DNA of 64,000 nucleotides, taken from Candidatus Ozemobacteraceae bacterium (lineage in GTDB: Bacteria > Muiribacteriota > Ozemobacteria > Ozemobacterales > Ozemobacteraceae). Positions within the stretch are counted from its first letter, which is position 1, and each line of letters begins with the position of its first letter. The stretch lies in assembly GCA_965140445.1 (NCBI GenBank), contig OZ223236.1, positions 4,896,001 to 4,960,000 on the forward strand, in the 5' to 3' direction. The position numbers were made by a program, and so were the translations under genes. Below the pieces are notes generated by a model, which ran no database searches, had not been told where the DNA came from, and worked only from the letters and a program-made list of their open reading frames with translations. Positions 57,436 through 64,000 of this stretch are shown one piece after another.

Positions 57436-58653
57436 TTATTCGTATCTAAAAGCCTCAATAGGATCTAATTGGGCAGCTTTCCAGGCTGGATATAACCCAA
57501 AAAAGATTCCCACCATTCCAGAGAAAACAAAAGAAATTGTCATGGAAGCAATTGAAACAATCGGTGCAAAATTAACAAAATAACCAATAATTTTGGAAAG
57601 CCCAACGCCACCTGCAATTCCAATAACGCCACCCAAACAGGATAAGGTTATAGCTTCAACAAGAAATTGCAAAAGTATATCTCTGGTCTTAGCTCCAATT
57701 GCCATACGAATCCCAATCTCTTTAGTTCTTTCCGTAACCGATACCAGCATAATGTTCATGATACCAATCCCGCCAACTACAAGAGATACCGAAGCAATAC
57801 TTCCCAGAAGCAGACCAATAATTGTTAATGTTGAACCAGCCATTTCAGCAATATCGTCCTGAGTGCGAATATGAAAATCTGCTTCGTCGTCGTTTTTAAC
57901 TCTATGGCGACGATTTAGAACTGTTTTAATTTCTTCTTTGGCACTATCAACCAAATCTGGCGCTGCTGCTGAGATAAAAAGCTGTTGAATATGATCGATT
58001 CCCAGAACTCTTCTTTGAACAACACTTAGTGGAGCAACCATAATATCGTCCTGATCTGCGCCCATAGAGCTTTCTCCACGTGATTCAAAAACTCCGACTA
58101 CCGTAAGCGGAATCTTTTTAAATCTAATGACTTGCCCTAAGGGATTCAAATTTCCAAAAAGATTTTCTACAACAGTTTCGCCAACAACACAAACCTTTGC
58201 ACCATTTTTAATTTCAGCCGCGGTCATATATCGCCCAAGCTCAACCTTCGTTGAACGGACCTTAGAGTAGTCTTCTGTTGATCCCATCAACTGTGTAGAC
58301 CAGTTTTGATTGCCAAAAACAACCTGTCCCGATGTTCTAACCGATGGAGCAATCATTGCAACCGACGGGCACTCCCTGAGAACAGCATTGGCATCTGCTT
58401 CAGTAAGAGTTGTAGAGGTTCCGCGTGGACCATGAAAGCCCCTTTTATTCTGAGCACCAGGCATAACCATAATGAGATTTGTTCCCATCTTGGAAATATT
58501 TTCCTGGACTGAATAATAAGCGCCTTGTCCAAGCCCAACCATAGCTACTACTGAAGTAACACCAATAATAATACCCAAAGCTGTTAAAAATGAACGAAGC
58601 TTATTTCTACTAAGGCTCAGAAAAGCCAGTTTTAGAATTCCAAAAAACGTCAT
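57436..58653 (-). CDS. MacB-like ABC transporter permease
   Basis: RNKLRSFLTALGIIIG, GGIGIMNIMLVSVTERTKEIGIRMAIGA, LDPIEAFRYE. Confidence 0.95.
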   Translation of the reverse strand: MTFFGILKLAFLSLSRNKLRSFLTALGIIIGVTSVVAMVGLGQGAYYSVQENISKMGTNLIMVMPGAQNKRGFHGPRGTSTTLTEADANAVLRECPSVAMIAPSVRTSGQVVFGNQNWSTQLMGSTEDYSKVRSTKVELGRYMTAAEIKNGAKVCVVGETVVENLFGNLNPLGQVIRFKKIPLTVVGVFESRGESSMGADQDDIMVAPLSVVQRRVLGIDHIQQLFISAAAPDLVDSAKEEIKTVLNRRHRVKNDDEADFHIRTQDDIAEMAGSTLTIIGLLLGSIASVSLVVGGIGIMNIMLVSVTERTKEIGIRMAIGAKTRDILLQFLVEAITLSCLGGVIGIAGGVGLSKIIGYFVNFAPIVSIASMTISFVFSGMVGIFFGLYPAWKAAQLDPIEAFRYE

Positions 58654-59408
58654 TGGTTCTGCTCCTCCAAATTTTCACGAGGTGGCAACTTTTTTAACTC
58701 TTCTTTTGCACAAAGCCGGTCAATTATTGGTTCATCAGACACAATTTTCCCATCTCTCAGCCTTACAATTCTGCTTGTATAAAGAACAATATCAGGCTCG
58801 TGAGTAATCAGTATTATTGAAATTCCTTTTGCATTCAGGTCCTGAAAAATTCCCATAATTTCTATGCTGGAATAGGTGTCAAGATTTCCAGTTGGTTCAT
58901 CAGCCAGAATAACTGAGGGATTATTTACGAGGGAACGGGCGATCGCAACACGCTGCTGCTGACCACCTGAAAGTTGATTAGAGTGGTGGTGTTCTCTGCC
59001 TTTTAGACCAACAGCCTCCAAAGCTGCCATTGCTCTTTCAGTTCTTTCTGCATGAGGAACTCCAGCGTAAACCATTGGCAATTCAACGTTTTCTAATGCA
59101 CTGGTTCTAGAAAGTAAATTGAAGCCCTGGAAAACAAAGCCAATTCTACGGTTTCTAACCATAGCCAGTTGGTCTTTTGTAAAATTAGAGACATCTTCGC
59201 CTTCAATCATGTAAAGACCCTTGGTAGGACGATCCAGACAACCAAGAATATGCATTAAGGTTGACTTTCCTGAGCCTGAGGCACCCATAACCGAAGTAAA
59301 TTCCCCTTTTTCAACCTTTAGATCCAGACTTCTAAGGGCTTTAACAGAAACGCCTTCCATGAAATAGGTTTTTTCTAATTGTCTTACTTCCAGTAATGGT
59401 AGTCCCAT
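58650..59408 (-). CDS. MacB/LolD-type ABC ATP-binding protein
   Basis: GASGSGKST, LSGGQQQRVAIAR, ILADEPTGNLD. Likely start MGLPLL at 59408. Confidence 0.95.
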   Translation of the reverse strand: MGLPLLEVRQLEKTYFMEGVSVKALRSLDLKVEKGEFTSVMGASGSGKSTLMHILGCLDRPTKGLYMIEGEDVSNFTKDQLAMVRNRRIGFVFQGFNLLSRTSALENVELPMVYAGVPHAERTERAMAALEAVGLKGREHHHSNQLSGGQQQRVAIARSLVNNPSVILADEPTGNLDTYSSIEIMGIFQDLNAKGISIILITHEPDIVLYTSRIVRLRDGKIVSDEPIIDRLCAKEELKKLPPRENLEEQNQ

Positions 59409-59412
59409 TTTG

Positions 59413-60792
59413 CTACATCCGCCTTGTTGCTCTTCTAACATCTCTGGCGCTTACACTTTTTCCGCCACTACCACCTTTGTTTGCCCCTGCAGCTCCTTGG
59501 CCAACTATGATTTCCTGGCCTGCTTCAAGATCTCCAGAAACAACTTCTATAAATCGATCGTTTGAAATACCAATTTTTACTGACTTCATCAAAGGCTTCC
59601 CATTCTGAAGAATCCAGATCGGTAAAGTATCAGTAGCATTTCTAGTTTCGGCTTTTTGCGCTTTTAGATTTTCTGGAGCTTTAAAATAAAGAGCCTTTGA
59701 AGGAATTCGTAAAACATCTTTTCTGTTTCCTACAATTATTTCCACATTGGCAGTCATTCCTGGTTTTAGCAATAACTCATCATTTTCAACATTTACCATT
59801 ACCGAATAGGTTACAACATTGGAAGTCTCGATTGGCATGAGCCTGACCTGATGTATTTTTCCTTTGAAAACCTTATCCTTGTATGCGTCAACAGTGAAGG
59901 TTACGGCCTGACCATCATGCACAAGTCCGATATCCGCTTCATCAACTGCGGTGTCAATTTGCATTTTTCTTAAATCCTGCGCAATTACAAATAATTTTGG
60001 CGCTTGAAGACTTGCAGCAACTGTTTGTCCTTCATCGACTTCGCGTGAAATAACTACCCCATCAATTGGAGAAGAGATTTTGGTGCGATCCAGATTTATC
60101 TCGGAAACATGCATCTGAGCTTCCATCTGTCTTACCCGAGCCTGAGCTCCTTCTATCTGAGCCTTAGCAGCATCAATCTGTGCCTTTGTTGCCATCTCTC
60201 TGGCTTTTGATGATTCTAATTGAGCCAGAGAGACTTCATACGATGCTTTCGCAGAATCAAAGCCGGCTTTAGCAGTGTCTCTATCTGCGGTTGAAACAAG
60301 CTTTCTTTTGAAAAGCTCTTCAACTCTTTTATAATTTCTCTCAGATTCATCCTGAGTTACTTTTGCTTTATTAATATTAGCTCTGCTAATAGAAATCTCA
60401 GCTTTTGCATTCAAAAGGGAGGCTTCAAGGTTTTTAACCTGCGCGACATTATTTTTTTCTGTTGCAATTGCATTTTCAAGATTTGCTTTTGCCTGCTGCA
60501 CCTGAGCCTCGTAAGTCGATGGCTCCAACTGGGCCACAAGTTGCCCTGCTTTAACAACATCGTTGAAGTCTGCAAACAACTTTAAAATATTACCGCTAAC
60601 CTGAGATCCAACCTCAACTGTTGTAAGTGCAGCAAGAGATCCTGAAGCTGAAATGGTGGTTTTTATGTTTCCCCTGGAGACCTTCTGAGTTATCCACTCG
60701 CTTGATCCATTTTTCTTTCCAAGGTAATACCAACCAGCCAGTCCGCCAATGATTAAAACTGCAATAATGATAGCAACAGCTGCCTTTTTCAT
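59413..60792 (-). CDS. MacA-like periplasmic adaptor
   Basis: VEVGSQVSG, SPIDGVVI, GQTVAASLQAP, VDEADIG, LKPGMTA, long coiled coil. Confidence 0.93.
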   Translation of the reverse strand: MKKAAVAIIIAVLIIGGLAGWYYLGKKNGSSEWITQKVSRGNIKTTISASGSLAALTTVEVGSQVSGNILKLFADFNDVVKAGQLVAQLEPSTYEAQVQQAKANLENAIATEKNNVAQVKNLEASLLNAKAEISISRANINKAKVTQDESERNYKRVEELFKRKLVSTADRDTAKAGFDSAKASYEVSLAQLESSKAREMATKAQIDAAKAQIEGAQARVRQMEAQMHVSEINLDRTKISSPIDGVVISREVDEGQTVAASLQAPKLFVIAQDLRKMQIDTAVDEADIGLVHDGQAVTFTVDAYKDKVFKGKIHQVRLMPIETSNVVTYSVMVNVENDELLLKPGMTANVEIIVGNRKDVLRIPSKALYFKAPENLKAQKAETRNATDTLPIWILQNGKPLMKSVKIGISNDRFIEVVSGDLEAGQEIIVGQGAAGANKGGSGGKSVSARDVRRATRRM

Positions 60793-60811
60793 AAGGTTTT
60801 ATTCTCCAAAA

Positions 60812-62212
60812 CTAATTTGACTTACTATTTTCTGAGGAAGACTTGTCCATACTTTCAATTAAAACTTCTACAGTGGGTTCTTCATCTTTTTCTAATGGCT
60901 CGATAGAATCTGAAACTTCAGCCTCAACCGGCAATCTGCCCAATACCTTTTCTAACCTGGCCAATGCAATCAAACTATCAAAATAAGCTACATAATAGTT
61001 TCCTCTGGCCTTTGAATACTCGACTCTTGCATCAGTAATTTCTATTGGAGATCCTAAGCCCGAATCATATCGGCCTTCTGCAAGCTCCTTACTTTCACTG
61101 GCTTGTTGAACCAGTATGTTAGTAGCTTCATATCTCTCCAGAGAATCTTCCAGTTCAGTAATAGAGTTTTCTAATTCGGTATAAACAGTGAGTTTAAGAT
61201 TGTCATAAGTAGCTTTTGAGCTTTTAAGCTGACTCTTGGCTATCCTGATCCTGGATCTGGTCAATTTTCCGTCAAGTAGTGGCCAATTTAAGTTTACCCC
61301 CACAGTCCAGGTCCTATTCAGTGGAGTGTTGGTTCCAGCCCAGTTGTAATCTCCATTAGCTGATACGCTTGGCTTCAAACTCTTTTTTGATTCTGCCAAA
61401 GAATAATCTAATGCTTTTACCTGGAACTTAGCTGCCTTAAGATCTGGTCTTGAAAGAGCTTCTTGAAGCAAATCTTCTCTCTCTTGATCAATTTTTTGTG
61501 GCAACTGATTCATATCAAAGTCCTGAATCTCAATGGTACCTTCTTTTCCAATTGATTTTGCCAGTAAAACGAGGTTTTGCTTAAGCGTGCTCTTTGCGCT
61601 GATCAAGCTGACCCTTGCATTCGCAACATCAACCTTAGCTCTGGTAATGTCATATGGAGGTCTTGTCCCAACCTCAACATAGCCTTCGACCTTTTCAAGA
61701 TGCGTAAGATAACCATCAAGGGTTTCCTGCTGAACATTTAACAGGGCCTTTGCCTGCTGTGCCTTAAAAAAGGCTTCTTTTATCTGGGCTGCAATTTCTA
61801 CAACAGTTCCAAATTTTTGCTCCTTTGCTGCATTCAAAGACTGCTTAGCAGCATTTACACGAGAAGCTGTTTTTCCTGAGTCGAACAAAAGCTTAGAAAC
61901 TGAAAGTGATTCACTTGTGCTGTCCGTCACCGGATCATTGGATAATGTACTTCCAAGACTGGAATCCTGCTTTCTATGAGTCCATCCCGCCCTTGCATCA
62001 ACATTAACATCAAAAGCCGCCGCTGTTTGATCTATTTTAGCTTTTTCTGATTCAACAGAGCTTTCTGCTATTTTTAATCTTGGGTGATTTTTCAAACCAT
62101 AATTTAGACAGCTTCTAAGGTTCCATTTTTCGGGAAGATCTTCTGCAATACAACTACTTCCATTCATAAGTGCAATAATTATAAAAAGTATCTTGAAAAG
62201 TTTTTTATCCAT
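60812..62212 (-). CDS. TolC-family outer membrane protein
   Basis: Signal peptide, OEP repeats (RYDSGLGSPIEITDA), first gene of the Mac-type operon. Confidence 0.9.
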   Translation of the reverse strand: MDKKLFKILFIIIALMNGSSCIAEDLPEKWNLRSCLNYGLKNHPRLKIAESSVESEKAKIDQTAAAFDVNVDARAGWTHRKQDSSLGSTLSNDPVTDSTSESLSVSKLLFDSGKTASRVNAAKQSLNAAKEQKFGTVVEIAAQIKEAFFKAQQAKALLNVQQETLDGYLTHLEKVEGYVEVGTRPPYDITRAKVDVANARVSLISAKSTLKQNLVLLAKSIGKEGTIEIQDFDMNQLPQKIDQEREDLLQEALSRPDLKAAKFQVKALDYSLAESKKSLKPSVSANGDYNWAGTNTPLNRTWTVGVNLNWPLLDGKLTRSRIRIAKSQLKSSKATYDNLKLTVYTELENSITELEDSLERYEATNILVQQASESKELAEGRYDSGLGSPIEITDARVEYSKARGNYYVAYFDSLIALARLEKVLGRLPVEAEVSDSIEPLEKDEEPTVEVLIESMDKSSSENSKSN

Positions 62213-62370
62213 CGTTATCGGTCACCTCAAGGTTAGTCTAGATCTTTACAATCTTGAAATCAATTTCACAAATATTAAGAATCGTTAAGTAACCCCTTAA
62301 ACTACATCTTTATCTCACCTTTCTCAAGCTGCCGGAAAACAATATTAATGCTTTGAATTTACAAATGAAC

Positions 62371-62414
62371 TAAAACCAAAAAGACCCTGCAAAAGCAGGG
62401 TCTTTTTGGTTTTA
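62371..62414 (-). terminator. Intrinsic terminator after OMP gene
   Basis: 20-bp perfect inverted repeat TAAAACCAAAAAGACCCTGC-AAAA-GCAGGGTCTTTTTGGTTTTA. Confidence 0.85.
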
Positions 62415-62418
62415 ATAC

Positions 62419-63252
62419 TTAGAATCTAGCAACTAATCCTAATGTAGGACCACTGTATGATAGTTCTGCGTTATTACTGTCTGTATCCGCATCAAACTTG
62501 ATTTTTCGATATCCAAGGTCTACAAACCATTCTGTATTTGTAGCATTCGGGTTAATTCTTAAAGCGGCATTGATTCCAAAATCATAATGCATTACGTCAT
62601 TTCCAGCTGCATTCACATTCATATACTTAATCTGGCCTTTTAACCAAAGATTTTTTGCAAGTTGTCCGCCAGCACCAAGACCTAAATAAGGAACAGGGAA
62701 ACTTTCACTCCAGCTTTGATTTACGTATGCGCTGGTTCCAGTTTCGTAACCAGTAACATTGATTTTACTTTCACTGAACTTCAATCCAAAAATACCATCA
62801 AGATAAAATGCATCTTTCTTTTCCGGATCGGAATGATTGCCTACTGCCAATAAATGAGAATAACTAATATCGAACCAGTCTGTTTCGATCTGGGCACTGG
62901 CATTTGCCTGATAGTTTCTCTTTTTAAAAGTTACTGTCTTGTTAATTCTGCCAGTATGATCGTGTTTCAAATAAGAAAAGCTTAATCTACCTTTTTTAGA
63001 AAGAACATGGTCAACCTTTATTCCCATACGATTTTCTGAATCAAAACTTGCTTCAGAATCCAAATCTAACACCAATCCATCTACCCTTACATTACCATCA
63101 ATATTCGACTTCATGCCGAAGACTTCCACATTCGTAACCTTCCGATACTCAGAAGCATTCATATGTGAAGCGGGCTTCATTGCTCTCTCCCAAGCAAAGG
63201 CTGAAGTGGGTAACAGTGCTGACACTGCAAGTGCTACTAAGAGTTTCTTCAT
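62419..63252 (-). CDS. Outer membrane beta-barrel protein
   Basis: Signal peptide (AFA cleavage), amphipathic strands, C-terminal ...GPTLGLVARF with terminal Phe. Confidence 0.85.
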   Translation of the reverse strand: MKKLLVALAVSALLPTSAFAWERAMKPASHMNASEYRKVTNVEVFGMKSNIDGNVRVDGLVLDLDSEASFDSENRMGIKVDHVLSKKGRLSFSYLKHDHTGRINKTVTFKKRNYQANASAQIETDWFDISYSHLLAVGNHSDPEKKDAFYLDGIFGLKFSESKINVTGYETGTSAYVNQSWSESFPVPYLGLGAGGQLAKNLWLKGQIKYMNVNAAGNDVMHYDFGINAALRINPNATNTEWFVDLGYRKIKFDADTDSNNAELSYSGPTLGLVARF

Positions 63253-63318
63253 TTTCAATCTCCTTAAGTAATTTCCACTAAGCAGGAGATATTATAAAAA
63301 ATAATAAATTTGGCAAGC

Positions 63319-63351
63319 AAAAAAAAAGCATATTATAAAAATATGCTTTTT
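63319..63351 (-). terminator. AT-rich terminator-like hairpin after HD-GYP gene
   Basis: AAAAAGCATATT-ATAAA-AATATGCTTTTT. Confidence 0.55.
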
Positions 63352-63364
63352 CTTGTCTGTTAAA

Positions 63365-64000
63365 TCAGGCCTGGTCCAGTTGTAATGGGAACTGATCAGC
63401 TAAAGTCTGATCGAGATAATCTCCCTTAAACCAAGGTGGGCAGAAACGGGAAGTTCTCAGACTTATAAAAGCTTGAACAACTGCAGGATCGAACTGACTT
63501 CCCGCACATCTCTGAATTTCAGCAGAAGCTTCGTCAAAGGTAAGTGGCTTTCTATAAGGTCTGTGAGAAGTTATTGCATCGAATGAATCGGCAACGCAGA
63601 TAATCCTGGAACCCAGAGGAATCTCATCGCCAGTTAAACCAGCAGGATAACCTCTTCCATCATATCTTTCATGGTGGTGCTTAATAATTTCACACACACG
63701 CTTCAGAAATTCAATTGAGTTGAGAATACCAGCACCAATATGAGGGTGAGATTTAATCGTTTCAAATTCATCGTCGGTAAGTTTACCCGGCTTAAGCAAA
63801 ATCTGCTCGGAAATTCCAATTTTCCCTACATCATGAAGTAATGATGCATGTCTAATGGTATCAACTTCAGTTTTTGCCAGACTCATTTCAAGTGCCAATC
63901 CAACACTTAAATCAGTTACGCGTCTTGAATGGCCATGAGTGTAGCTATCTTTAGCATCAATAGCCGCTGCCAAAGATCTAATTGTTTCAAGGTAAACATT
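63365..64000 (-). CDS. HD-GYP cyclic di-nucleotide phosphodiesterase domain protein (5' end outside window)
   Basis: DAKDSYTHGHS, LLHDVGKI, HHERYDGRGYP, IICVADSFDA. Frame open to base 64000. Confidence 0.93.
   Translation of the reverse strand, partial: NVYLETIRSLAAAIDAKDSYTHGHSRRVTDLSVGLALEMSLAKTEVDTIRHASLLHDVGKIGISEQILLKPGKLTDDEFETIKSHPHIGAGILNSIEFLKRVCEIIKHHHERYDGRGYPAGLTGDEIPLGSRIICVADSFDAITSHRPYRKPLTFDEASAEIQRCAGSQFDPAVVQAFISLRTSRFCPPWFKGDYLDQTLADQFPLQLDQA

Noticed and set aside
62213..62250. ACCGATAA upstream of the Mac-type tolC as a sigma28 -10 box
   Set aside because: It lies between the RBS (GAGGTG) and the ATG, with no properly spaced -35 element.

Overview
AT-rich bacterial chromosome segment from a diderm (three TolC-family proteins and a beta-barrel outer-membrane protein). 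The long tandem HAMP/SpoIIE membrane phosphatases are reminiscent of Ca. Riflebacteria, but that is unverified inference. The first 14 kb holds a partial ResB, two membrane PP2C phosphatases, a TPR protein, a disrupted TadG-like gene and an MBL hydrolase (each of the last two with a sigma54 -24/-12 motif), and a degenerate ketosynthase/acyltransferase fusion. An accessory block (14.5-33.9 kb) follows, with zinc-ribbon, TerB and TIM44 membrane proteins, a 1209-aa orphan with a possible nucleotidyltransferase tip, and a MarR-RND efflux operon. Next come 7 tRNAs and a surface-polysaccharide cluster (wecC, B12 radical SAM, asnB, oxidoreductase, heparinase, GT4). The right end has Tex, YihY, an sORF-MerR-ComB-HDOD operon, MacAB-TolC, an OMP and a partial HD-GYP gene. 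Most notable are a ~120-nt structured non-coding element upstream of the MBL hydrolase, the toxin-like 1209-aa locus, the KS-AGPAT fusion, integrase-arm-like repeats beside tRNA-Lys, three genes broken by point lesions, and a 39-aa membrane sORF missing from the ORF track. No CRISPR array, rRNA, integrase or transposase was seen.
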